The notes beneath the pieces are model-generated. The model searched no databases. It was not told the origin of the DNA and saw only the letters and a program-made list of their open reading frames with translations. A program made the position numbers and the translations under genes. Shown here in pieces: positions 1-8,737 of a stretch of 20,000 nucleotides of DNA. The DNA is from an uncultured virus (IMG/VR IMGVR_UViG_3300030376_007346). Its lineage: Duplodnaviria > Heunggongvirae > Uroviricota > Caudoviricetes. The stretch lies in IMG/VR virus record IMGVR_UViG_3300030376_007346; one strand, written 5' to 3'. The stretch's first letter is position 1; each line of letters begins with the position of its first letter.

Positions 1-410
1 TTAGTTGGGTAAAAACTAAATATCATTAAGTCTTCATCATTCGCTTCATTCTTAAACTGGTTTCGGTCAACCTTTTGAGCGGAGTCAATAATTTTATAAT
101 CATCAAAGTGATGAAGAATGTAAGAATCACCAACCCAATCCGTATCATCATTAAAATCTAATTTATTACCAGAAGTTAGTATTGCGTTACACACTACAGG
201 TGGTATCATACTAGGTACTATCACATGCTGATTTTTATTTAACAAAGATAAAAATATAGCATTTGTAGCACTATTAATAGAACAAGCATATTTGGCTCCT
301 ACATAGTCACAAAAGTTAGACTCAAACTCTGTCACTATTGAACCATGTAGATAATGGTTAAATTTAGACGTGTCTATTTTGTGGTTTTCTATATTAAATA
401 AATTTATCAT
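1..410 (-). CDS. DegT/DnrJ/EryC1/StrS-family PLP-dependent sugar aminotransferase, N-terminal part (runs off left edge)
   Basis: Not in ORF track. Hand translation from ATG at 410: MINLFNIENHKIDTSKFNHYLHGSIVTEFESNFCDYVGAKYACSINSATNAIFLSL...VIVPSMIPPVVCNAIL...IIDSAQKV...LMIFSFYPT(K). It has the typical FE..F..YVG.KYA....SAT.A, DSAQ and SFYPTK (PLP-lysine) motifs. The Lys codon is cut by the window edge. Confidence 0.85.
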   Translation of the reverse strand, partial: MINLFNIENHKIDTSKFNHYLHGSIVTEFESNFCDYVGAKYACSINSATNAIFLSLLNKNQHVIVPSMIPPVVCNAILTSGNKLDFNDDTDWVGDSYILHHFDDYKIIDSAQKVDRNQFKNEANDEDLMIFSFYPT

Positions 411-413
411 TAA

Positions 414-1130
414 TTAAAATTTGTATTGTAATTGGTCTATTTCGTCACCATGAATTTCTTGTATTATCGATTTTAATTCCGCTGTATATTTTGTACGGTA
501 ATTTTCTGTGCCATTACCCCTTAAAAGTAATCTACCATCCCTATCTTGCCTATATTTGAGCACATTAGGTCCTTTATGTGGTAAGTCACCTAAAGAGAAT
601 TTATTTTTTAAATGTGACCAAGACTCATTTAAATTTTCATACCTCATAATATAATCTAATTCCCCCAAATCACTAAACCAATAGTCTAACTTTACAAAAT
701 GTTGTATGTGTGAAATTCTAACATTATTCATATACAACCATGGTTTATATTCTTCTTCTCCAGTATTTTTAGAGTCATTAAATGTATATTCTTGTGGGTT
801 AGTATGGTAATTTTTTAAATGACGCACATATTCCTCGAAAGACATTTTAACCCCACCATCTGGTTTGATATGATGTAGATATGATGACCAAAATCTGTCA
901 TAGGTGTTACGAACTACTGTAAATTTAAAATAGTCTTCAGGTTTACCATTTTCTGAATTTATAATATATGAAAGATTTTTATGTCTATACTTAGTAAATA
1001 ATTTAATTTTTGATGTTTCTTCGGACATCGTAGTGTCCACGTTTGCTCCCAGAGCAGACTCTATAGAAGTACCAGCGGTTTTTGGCATATGGACAAAAAT
1101 TATATTTTCCTCTTTTCTTTTTACTAACAT
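414..1130 (-). CDS. Sulfotransferase family 2 (carbohydrate sulfotransferase-like) protein
   Basis: 5'-PSB-like FVHMPKTAGTSI, 3'-PB-like FTVVRNTYDRFWSSY, and C-terminal DYIMRYENL. No transmembrane anchor seen. Confidence 0.85.
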   Translation of the reverse strand: MLVKRKEENIIFVHMPKTAGTSIESALGANVDTTMSEETSKIKLFTKYRHKNLSYIINSENGKPEDYFKFTVVRNTYDRFWSSYLHHIKPDGGVKMSFEEYVRHLKNYHTNPQEYTFNDSKNTGEEEYKPWLYMNNVRISHIQHFVKLDYWFSDLGELDYIMRYENLNESWSHLKNKFSLGDLPHKGPNVLKYRQDRDGRLLLRGNGTENYRTKYTAELKSIIQEIHGDEIDQLQYKF

Positions 1131-1131
1131 T

Positions 1132-1968
1132 TTAAATTAATTTATAGAGTTTGTAGTCGTTGTTACCACCAGTTTTATATAGAGTTTTCCAGAATACATC
1201 CCTAAAATAATCAGTTTTTAGTTTATACTCCACTATAAAGTCCTTGGAATGAATTATTTTTTTATTTTTTTTACCACACATAGCAGCAGTTATACAGAAT
1301 GTAGAAGGGCTGGATATGATATAATCACACTGAGACAATCCAAAAAAATCTCCTTGTCCCCAATTAGAAGGGTTAAACCTATCAGTAATTTCACCAAGAC
1401 TATATTCGATTTTGTTATCATCCAACCATTTAACAACACTTTTAAATGAGTCTAAGCTAATGTCGTCATAATATAAGGTTAACTCAAAATTTTCTTTAAC
1501 TTCTTCGATAACGAACTTTATAGCGTTAATATAGTAGGAAGCATCCAGTAAACACTTAGGGTCCCATATTCTAAAATCTTTACCCCTAAAATGTACACCA
1601 ACATTAATCTTATCTGAATCGATATTAGGTTTAATCTGACTAAAAAGGTCAAATGTAGAAACTTCGTTAAATTTAAAAAATAACTCAAATAATGTCGCAC
1701 TTTCTAATTTATAATTTAAATTAGGGTGTAAAGTTATATTTTCTTTAGGGGTATCTAATAATTCTTGTGGTGTTAAGTTGTGATGTATAGTCATTTCAGG
1801 TAATTGTGGTACCATACCTTTAATTTCTTTAAAAATATCTAACCCTGTAAAATCGGTAAAATGGACTTGGTGACCTGAAAAGTGGGATAATTGCAAAACA
1901 TTATTAAGTAATAGTAATCTATTACCGAAACCAGCACCTGCCCATCCTCCAGTATCCGCAACTATCAC
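1132..1968 (-). CDS. GT11 / alpha-1,2-fucosyltransferase-like glycosyltransferase
   Basis: N-terminal GFGNRLL, nucleotide-sugar-binding-like VGVHFRGKDF (HxRxxD), YYINAI, and CDYIISSPSTFCITAA. GTG start overlaps the upstream TGA (GTGA at 1968-1965). Confidence 0.7.
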   Translation of the reverse strand: MIVADTGGWAGAGFGNRLLLLNNVLQLSHFSGHQVHFTDFTGLDIFKEIKGMVPQLPEMTIHHNLTPQELLDTPKENITLHPNLNYKLESATLFELFFKFNEVSTFDLFSQIKPNIDSDKINVGVHFRGKDFRIWDPKCLLDASYYINAIKFVIEEVKENFELTLYYDDISLDSFKSVVKWLDDNKIEYSLGEITDRFNPSNWGQGDFFGLSQCDYIISSPSTFCITAAMCGKKNKKIIHSKDFIVEYKLKTDYFRDVFWKTLYKTGGNNDYKLYKLI

Positions 1969-2651
1969 AATAAAGAAGTTTTTACATATAGAGCATCACC
2001 CCAATGACCAGGTATCCTACCAGCACCAATCGGTGTGATGGTTTCATTGGCCCCATCCATCTGGTATTCGTGTGTTAAAGTACGAGTGAATCCTTTGTTC
2101 TTTAAATACTCATCCATTTCACCGATTAAATGACAACCTTCGTAGACATTAACCGTGTTAAATTCACTATATATAAAATCCATATGACTAATATGGTCAT
2201 TAAATGACATAATAGCATTTAAATCCGCACCTTGGATATCTACATTTAAAAAATTGTAGTCACCGACATTAATATTTTCTTCAGAAATTAAGGTATCAAA
2301 TCTCTTAGAAACTAATTTAAATTTATCTATGTAATGGACAGTTGGGAAAAATCTCTTATGTTCACCCAGTTCTAATAACGATGAAGATTGTCCATTGTTA
2401 CTAATCTTAAATTCCATTTCATTTTCACTATCATAAATAGCTTCGTTAAAAACTCTTATGTTGTTATCCTCACTAAACCTACTTGTTATTCCTTCAGCTA
2501 GAACTGGATTAGCCTCAACCCAAATCTGTTTATCCATACCAGCTTCTTTATACGCTTCATATTCCTCCGCTTCATGAGCTCCAATATGTATAACCCCCTT
2601 CATAGGTATATTTGGGTAGGTCTCGACTATTTTTTTTACTTTTATAAACAT
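1965..2651 (-). CDS. FkbM-family SAM-dependent methyltransferase
   Basis: VIHIGAHEAEE, WVEANP, SNNGQSSSLL, FLNVDIQGADL, YEGC and WGDALY, typical of Methyltransf_21/FkbM. Confidence 0.88.
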   Translation of the reverse strand: MFIKVKKIVETYPNIPMKGVIHIGAHEAEEYEAYKEAGMDKQIWVEANPVLAEGITSRFSEDNNIRVFNEAIYDSENEMEFKISNNGQSSSLLELGEHKRFFPTVHYIDKFKLVSKRFDTLISEENINVGDYNFLNVDIQGADLNAIMSFNDHISHMDFIYSEFNTVNVYEGCHLIGEMDEYLKNKGFTRTLTHEYQMDGANETITPIGAGRIPGHWGDALYVKTSLL

Positions 2652-2654
2652 TTT

Positions 2655-3290
2655 TTAAATTTTTTCTATTAATATTGATTTACCGAAAACATTGTTTTCT
2701 TCTTTTATTATTATGTGGTTGGTTAGTAGACTATTAAACTCTTGTAACCCTATATGTGAACGAACAGTGTCTAAATTCCCGTAGGTCTTATAGGTGTCTA
2801 AACGTGTAGACTCGTCAAAATACTGTCTATGTATTATAAGGTATCTACCCATATTTGTTAGTAACTTCTCTACAACCTCTAATGGGTTAGGTAATTCCGA
2901 AATAAAACTATTACAAATAATTAAATCGAACTTTTGTAATATACTATAGTCTGATTTATTAGCGTCAAATTCTATGTAGTTAAGATTGGGATTTACCACT
3001 TTAGCTACATTTTCTATGATATGAGGTAGGTCTAGTCCTGTGTAGTCACTTCCCGCGTACAATCTACCTACCTCTGCTGCTCCGCAACCAAGGTCCGCTA
3101 TAGAGTTAACCGAAATTAACTGAACTAAACTATCTAACACACTAAAGTGTTCAGCTTCTTCTAATCTACCCCACCCAGGTAAGTTACCTAAAGCACCATC
3201 AATCATTTGTTGAGGTAGAACAGTATTGTCATACCACGCAACCTCACTAGTTAAATCTTTTTCCATTTTTGTAAAGCAATTAAATTCCAT
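2655..3290 (-). CDS. Class I SAM-dependent methyltransferase
   Basis: Motif I SIADLGCGAAE, YTGLDL, and FDLIICNSFISEL. Confidence 0.8.
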   Translation of the reverse strand: MEFNCFTKMEKDLTSEVAWYDNTVLPQQMIDGALGNLPGWGRLEEAEHFSVLDSLVQLISVNSIADLGCGAAEVGRLYAGSDYTGLDLPHIIENVAKVVNPNLNYIEFDANKSDYSILQKFDLIICNSFISELPNPLEVVEKLLTNMGRYLIIHRQYFDESTRLDTYKTYGNLDTVRSHIGLQEFNSLLTNHIIIKEENNVFGKSILIEKI

Positions 3291-3291
3291 T

Positions 3292-4236
3292 TTATTTATA
3301 TTCTATTATTTTTAAATCACCACCTATGTAAAAACATTCAGTAAGTTTTAATAATTTCTTCGTACCCCAAGGAGCATTATGTTCACACACACTCCTATCA
3401 AAGTTATCCTCCAAAATCTTTATGGTAGTTTTTTCACCAACCCTAAACTTCATATTTACCATTCTTCTTTCATAATAACACCACCTATCCCAATTATTAA
3501 CGATTTCTCCATCTATAGACAATAAACCGGTATATGGGCCTATAAACTGGGAAACCCCAATTATTTCACATGGGCCACCCAATACTAATCTATCATATAC
3601 TCTCATATTTAAATCCATTCTTTTCACACCACAATATTTATTTCGTGGTGGATACTCTAAAGGCATTTCTACTTTATTATATAGATTTTTAAATTCTTCA
3701 TTAATAAGTTTAGCATATTCTTCCGCACCAAAAGGTGTTGTGTGTATACCATCTCTTAATATTATATTTAAATCAGAAAAAGATTCTGATATATCCAGGG
3801 TTGGGATATTTAATCCGTTTATATATTCATTGATTTTTTTATAAATCTCCTCCTTCTCAACAGGACTACCAGTTCTACCATCAATACTCTTATCGGGGAA
3901 AGTCAGAAAAACCAACTTTATTCCCTTACTTAAAAAACTATATATAATAGTATTGATATATTGTTTTATATCCTCAAAATCTTCCTCGATAGTCGTAACC
4001 TCATTTTTATCCTTACCATAAACAATGTATCCTGTACTAAACCAATCTATAAAACACCACTCAGGGTCAAATTTTATTACATCTTCTATATAACATATTC
4101 CCGCATCGTTTAAGTGCATTGAACCGTTACCAAAAGGTTTAACATCGAATTGCGGGTTTGAATTTGCAAAGTACTGCCAATATCCATTTTGTTGTTGAGT
4201 GACACTCGCACCAAAAAAAGCTATCTTATTTTTCAT
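3292..4236 (-). CDS. SGNH/GDSL-family hydrolase/acyltransferase with C-terminal beta-rich domain
   Basis: Block I IAFFGASVTQQ near the N-terminus and block V DGIHT..GAEEYA. Confidence 0.7.
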   Translation of the reverse strand: MKNKIAFFGASVTQQQNGYWQYFANSNPQFDVKPFGNGSMHLNDAGICYIEDVIKFDPEWCFIDWFSTGYIVYGKDKNEVTTIEEDFEDIKQYINTIIYSFLSKGIKLVFLTFPDKSIDGRTGSPVEKEEIYKKINEYINGLNIPTLDISESFSDLNIILRDGIHTTPFGAEEYAKLINEEFKNLYNKVEMPLEYPPRNKYCGVKRMDLNMRVYDRLVLGGPCEIIGVSQFIGPYTGLLSIDGEIVNNWDRWCYYERRMVNMKFRVGEKTTIKILEDNFDRSVCEHNAPWGTKKLLKLTECFYIGGDLKIIEYK

Positions 4237-4249
4237 ATTTTTAATTTAA

Positions 4250-5071
4250 TTACCAATAACACCCACCTTCTACAATATTATGATTGTGTGGGGTTTCATT
4301 TTTTAGGGGCCTAACCCAGTTTTCGTTGTACATTTTTGACACATCTTCATGTGAATCCCACCTAGCACCTTTAATACCAAATAATAATTGTAGTCCACCC
4401 CCAACGTAAATTGCGGACCTATTTAAATTTTCTTTTATGTGAGCAACTAAAGGTAATCCATAGTGACCACAACTCAATAGAGCAATATCAAAGTCTAATT
4501 TAGAAATTTCATCTTTCATAACTTGTAGTGATTCAGCCCATGAACTATGAGGCCCACCATTACCACCTATAGATTGTACACATTGATATGGGATAAGAGT
4601 AAATTCTGGTAATTCCTCACCACCCCATAATAACTCACGTTTTTTATATTGTGACATAATACTTTCCATGAAAGAACTCACAATTAAAACTTTTTTACCT
4701 TTTAATTTAGAACTCCACGGGACATCAAAATAAAAAGGTTCTATTGACCTATTACCAACTTTTATTGAGTCAGGGGAAAAAGAGTTAAGTAAGTTTTGTT
4801 GTGCTTCTTCTATAATATGAGAACCCACCCAAGACACATGTATATCTGCACACTTAATACCTTTTAAATAATTTTCATAAAAATTTTCGTATGAGTGACC
4901 ATAATCCCCACCCTTCCTTAACAGATGCATATCATAATCACTAAATGAACCAGTTTTAAATCTATTATATACAATTCCACACTCACCGATACCTAATCTA
5001 CTAACAGCGAAAACTCTATTCTCCTCTATATATCTACTAATTAATTTATTTCCCTCTTCGTTACTTAACAT
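4250..5071 (-). CDS. Conserved polysaccharide-cluster protein, possibly GT-D-fold-like glycosyltransferase
   Basis: Start re-called at ATG 5071 (MLSNEEGN), 4 nt after the upstream stop, instead of 5128. VSRLGIGE resembles the GT-D RxGDGE motif. Also FDIALLSCGHYGLPL..., AIYVGGGLQLLFGIKGARWD and C-terminal VEGGCYW. Confidence 0.5.
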   Translation of the reverse strand: MLSNEEGNKLISRYIEENRVFAVSRLGIGECGIVYNRFKTGSFSDYDMHLLRKGGDYGHSYENFYENYLKGIKCADIHVSWVGSHIIEEAQQNLLNSFSPDSIKVGNRSIEPFYFDVPWSSKLKGKKVLIVSSFMESIMSQYKKRELLWGGEELPEFTLIPYQCVQSIGGNGGPHSSWAESLQVMKDEISKLDFDIALLSCGHYGLPLVAHIKENLNRSAIYVGGGLQLLFGIKGARWDSHEDVSKMYNENWVRPLKNETPHNHNIVEGGCYW

Positions 5072-5075
5072 AGTA

Positions 5076-5861
5076 TTAGTCCTGGTTTTTTTTATAAAAA
5101 CGTTTATCCCCCGCCTGGTACCATTCATTTAGGTTGGATGGTACACGAGAGTGGTAACCTAGTATTTGCTGTAGTGGTTCACTAAACTCACCCATTCTTT
5201 CATAACCTAAAGCACGAGGATAATCCATTAATTGTTTGTAGAAAGATTTGGTAAAAGTAATTGGGAGTGCCATTCTCCCTTTTTTTGATTTATTAAGTCC
5301 TGAAGCGTGAAATAAATTACCATTAAATAATAAAACGTCTCCTTTTTTCCCTAAAGTTTTTACAGCATTTGCGTGAAAAAATTCATCAGAAGGTGTAGAC
5401 GAATCAAGATGTGAACCAGGTAATACTAAAGTAGACCCATTAGTTTCAGTAAAATCATCTAACATTACTAAAATATTTAAATATAATGGTATTTCACCAC
5501 TATACGCTCTAACATCCCTATGAACAAGTTTAGAAAAATTTTGTTGTGTAGGTATGTTATTTAAAGCACTAAAAGAGTTTAATATAAAATTACTTTTAAA
5601 GAAATTTTTCTTTATCTCGTCTAATAATCCTGACTCCATTAAGTACTCTAAAAATTCTATGAACATATGGTTATCTAATAATACATTTAATGCAACACCA
5701 GGTACCGTATTTTCATTGCCCAAATTAAGTTGTGTTTGATGGTGAGACTCGAATACTTCCGGTAAAACTTTTTTAATCTTAGCAACCCAAGACTCACTAA
5801 TTTTATTTTCTAACACACAAAAACCATTATCCTTTAATTCTTTTATTTTTTCTTTATTCAT
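5076..5861 (-). CDS. PhyH-family 2-oxoglutarate/Fe(II)-dependent dioxygenase
   Basis: LKDNGFCVLEN start, HRD facial-triad motif, LDDFTETNGSTLVLPGSH, and GDVLLFNGNLFHASGLNKS...R. ATGA overlap with the upstream gene. Confidence 0.88.
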   Translation of the reverse strand: MNKEKIKELKDNGFCVLENKISESWVAKIKKVLPEVFESHHQTQLNLGNENTVPGVALNVLLDNHMFIEFLEYLMESGLLDEIKKNFFKSNFILNSFSALNNIPTQQNFSKLVHRDVRAYSGEIPLYLNILVMLDDFTETNGSTLVLPGSHLDSSTPSDEFFHANAVKTLGKKGDVLLFNGNLFHASGLNKSKKGRMALPITFTKSFYKQLMDYPRALGYERMGEFSEPLQQILGYHSRVPSNLNEWYQAGDKRFYKKNQD

Positions 5862-6520
5862 ATTATTTTTTCGTTTTTTTGTCTTTCCCTAATTATTTTA
5901 GTTGGGTTCCCATACGCGAGTACGTTAGATGGTAGTGATTTGGTGACCAGTGAAGCAGACCCCACCACAGTATTATCACCGATAGATAACCTATCAAATA
6001 TTGTTACATTCATAGTAATAGCTGAATACCTACCAACACTAACAAAACCACCTAAAACAGACCCAGCAGACACACTAGCAAAATCACCGATATTACAATC
6101 GTGTTCAATCTGACACCCTGTGGCGTAAAAAGTAAAATTACCTATAAAAGCTCCCGGATTAAATATGACACCAGCCATAGCTATAACACCAACACCAAGG
6201 GTAACATTACTTCCTATAATTACTGATGGATGTATAGCGTTAACCCATTTAAACGAAGGTACTAGGTCAGACACATAATCAAAAATATTTTTTCTAATCC
6301 AATTGTCCCCAATAGTTATTATGCCATTATTTACATTATATTTTTTAGTTATAACTTGTAAATCTTCTTTGCCCCCTAATATTGGAAATCCAAAAAGTTC
6401 ATCACCCACTTTTATATTATCATCCACGATACCTAATATTTGATACTTGTTCTCTTTTTGAATGATATCTATAGAGTATTGAACATGGGTCCCCCCACCT
6501 ATTAGGATTATCTTTTCCAT
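5858..6520 (-). CDS. NeuD/PglD-family sugar N/O-acetyltransferase (hexapeptide-repeat)
   Basis: IILIGGGTH, ITIGDNWIR, NAIHPS, catalytic-like IEHDC, left-handed beta-helix repeats, and LAYGNPTKIIR. Confidence 0.9.
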   Translation of the reverse strand: MEKIILIGGGTHVQYSIDIIQKENKYQILGIVDDNIKVGDELFGFPILGGKEDLQVITKKYNVNNGIITIGDNWIRKNIFDYVSDLVPSFKWVNAIHPSVIIGSNVTLGVGVIAMAGVIFNPGAFIGNFTFYATGCQIEHDCNIGDFASVSAGSVLGGFVSVGRYSAITMNVTIFDRLSIGDNTVVGSASLVTKSLPSNVLAYGNPTKIIRERQKNEKII

Positions 6521-7549
6521 CTATAATATTTTATCTTTATAAACTAAATTATTAATTTTTTTATGCCAACCAAGTAATGTTTGGTACCATTTTAATGTAT
6601 GTGTTGTCGGGTCATCAGACTTTAGTGAACCATCTGTTAAAGCAGATTCTATTTCTTCTACACCCTTTTTTATTGTCCATTTTGTCTCAAATCCTAAGAT
6701 TGATTTAATCTTATCAAAGTTTACGTTATAAGTTCTCATATCTGGATTATCTGGAACATAAATAATTTTAGGTTTATTGGTTAATGAAGATGCCACTTGA
6801 GTCGCGATACTTTTAATTTTAAAATTTTGTTCATTACTACCTACATTAAAAATTTGTCCAGAAGACAGTTTAGGTTTTTCTAAACACAGTATAAAAGCAC
6901 TAACTACATCTCTAACATGTATAAAAGGTCTCCACTGTTCACCATCACCCATAATATAAACCACTTCATCTCTCCACCCACACAAAGACATTATGTTGAT
7001 GGCCAAATCAAATCTCATACGTGGGGATAAACCATATATTGTAGAGTTTCTTAATAAGGTAACACTAAACTCACTAGAATCATGTAACTCCAACAAAGCC
7101 ACCTCAACAGCAACCTTACTCTTCGCGTAATCAGTTATGGGGTTTAATTCTTCTACTTCTGTTAATGAAGTTTTTAAACCCGCACCGTAAACGCTAGCAG
7201 AACTAGAATAAACATATTGTTTAATACCTAATTTTTTAGATAATTTAGCTAATCTAATTGACCCATCACAATTAATTTCTTGGGTAAACCTAGGGCTTAT
7301 CTCTGCTGTTGCGTCATTACTAAGTCCAGCCAAATCAATTACTATATCAATACCCTTAAGGATGGAATCATCAAAATAACGTATATCTTCCTGTATAATT
7401 GTAAAGTTATCGTCATCTATATGAGACAGTTTATCCAAACCAAAAAAGAATCTGTCTAAAGCGTAAACTTTATAGTTTCTTTTTAAAAGTTCTTCACACA
7501 TGATGGAGCCGACATAACCACCCGCCCCACTAACTAATACTTTTTTCAT
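6521..7549 (-). CDS. NAD-dependent nucleotide-sugar epimerase/dehydratase (extended SDR)
   Basis: VLVSGAGGYVGS, DLAGLSND, SSSASVYG, YAKSK (YxxxK), and WRPFIHVRDV. Confidence 0.92.
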   Translation of the reverse strand: MKKVLVSGAGGYVGSIMCEELLKRNYKVYALDRFFFGLDKLSHIDDDNFTIIQEDIRYFDDSILKGIDIVIDLAGLSNDATAEISPRFTQEINCDGSIRLAKLSKKLGIKQYVYSSSASVYGAGLKTSLTEVEELNPITDYAKSKVAVEVALLELHDSSEFSVTLLRNSTIYGLSPRMRFDLAINIMSLCGWRDEVVYIMGDGEQWRPFIHVRDVVSAFILCLEKPKLSSGQIFNVGSNEQNFKIKSIATQVASSLTNKPKIIYVPDNPDMRTYNVNFDKIKSILGFETKWTIKKGVEEIESALTDGSLKSDDPTTHTLKWYQTLLGWHKKINNLVYKDKIL

Positions 7550-8702
7550 TTTTAAAAAAATTATTTACAGTCTCAAATAGATAATCCATTTCTTCATCTT
7601 TCATAATAGTATGGATAGGTATGGAGACTACTTTATCTTTTATTTCGTTAGTATTGGTTAAATCTAACGACATGTACTTGTTTTTATATAAATCTAATTC
7701 GTGTACGGCTGTATAATATCGTCTAACCATAATATTATTTTCTTGCATATAATTAACAAATGGTGTAGCCTCCTCCTTGAGTACTATAGGATAATATAGG
7801 TAAGTACAATTTACGTCCGACGAAACATCCATAACATTGAAAAATTTAGAATTTTCTTTGGAACCAAAAAACTTCCTATAACGTTTTATATTATTTTTTC
7901 TATTTTTTAAAATAAAATCTACCTTTTCTAAATTCTTAATCCCAACCAAGGCCGAGATTTCCTGCATTTTAGAATTTAATCCAGGGACATCAACATTACC
8001 TCTAACTTTTTCATATTGACCAAAATCTCTTAATTTTATTAAGGTATTATGAATTTCTGGGTCGTTAGTTATTGCACCTCCACCTTCCATCGTAGAAAAT
8101 ATTTTAGAAGCGTGAAAACTATATATTTCACTAAACCCATGATTACAAGTAAATTTATTTTTGTAGGTAGAACCAAAAGCAGGTGCATTATCAAAAATTA
8201 CTTCTATATTATTTTCATCACTAAATTCACGAATTAATTCTATGTTGGGTAAGTTACCGTAAGCCCCTACACAAACCATCATTTTTATATTAGGTACGTA
8301 AGGGTCTAATCCATCCACTAAAGAAGAGTAATTTAACTTTAATTTTTTAATGTCTAAAATAAATCCTCCGTCTACATCACAAAATATAGGTCTTAAATTA
8401 TTCATTAGTATTGCATTAATGGTCCCTGCAAAAGTAAAAGAAGGTACTAAAACATCGAAAGAATCTAAAGGACCGTAACCCAACTTTAATTTATAAGCTT
8501 GAATTAAACTAAATAAAGCCATCTCCCCATTAGAAAATGTTAATGGTTTAAGTTTAGATTTATAAAACTTGCCTAGGTCTGTTTCTAATTGCCTCACGTA
8601 CTGTGAGTTATTAGTAACCATACCACTACTCAAACACTCAGTGAATTCAGATTCTATTTCAGATAAGGAAGGTAAAAAAGGCTTTACTATATTAATTTTC
8701 AT
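7530..8702 (-). CDS. DegT/DnrJ/EryC1/StrS-family PLP-dependent sugar aminotransferase
   Basis: VLVPSFTFAGTINAI, PIFCDVD, FDNAPAFGS, SFHASKIFSTMEGGG (Lys200), and GLNSKMQEISA. Confidence 0.92.
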   Translation of the reverse strand: MKINIVKPFLPSLSEIESEFTECLSSGMVTNNSQYVRQLETDLGKFYKSKLKPLTFSNGEMALFSLIQAYKLKLGYGPLDSFDVLVPSFTFAGTINAILMNNLRPIFCDVDGGFILDIKKLKLNYSSLVDGLDPYVPNIKMMVCVGAYGNLPNIELIREFSDENNIEVIFDNAPAFGSTYKNKFTCNHGFSEIYSFHASKIFSTMEGGGAITNDPEIHNTLIKLRDFGQYEKVRGNVDVPGLNSKMQEISALVGIKNLEKVDFILKNRKNNIKRYRKFFGSKENSKFFNVMDVSSDVNCTYLYYPIVLKEEATPFVNYMQENNIMVRRYYTAVHELDLYKNKYMSLDLTNTNEIKDKVVSIPIHTIMKDEEMDYLFETVNNFFKNEKSIS

Positions 8703-8737
8703 ATTGAAAATATATGAATAAAAAACCTATTAATCAA
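8703..8737 (-). promoter_or_regulatory. Putative sigma70-like promoter for the left half of the glycan cluster (leaderless geometry)
   Basis: Minus strand: TTGATT (8737-8732), 17-nt spacer, TATATT (8714-8709), 6 nt, then ATG (8702). Confidence 0.5.

Noticed and set aside
5072..5128. N-terminal 19 aa of the 4250..5128 ORF
   Set aside because: It overlaps the PhyH gene by 53 nt. ATG 5071 just after the PhyH stop fits the operon spacing better.
5076..5861. Dioxygenase as a TET/JBP base-modifying enzyme for DNA glycosylation
   Set aside because: The motifs are PhyH-type, and no hydroxymethylase or DNA methylase is in the window. DNA modification is not excluded but is unsupported.
6518..6523. 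In-frame TAG-ATG junction that could give an SDR-acetyltransferase readthrough fusion
   Set aside because: Both genes are complete on their own, and a similar TAA-ATG junction occurs at 16634-16639. Ordinary translational coupling explains it.
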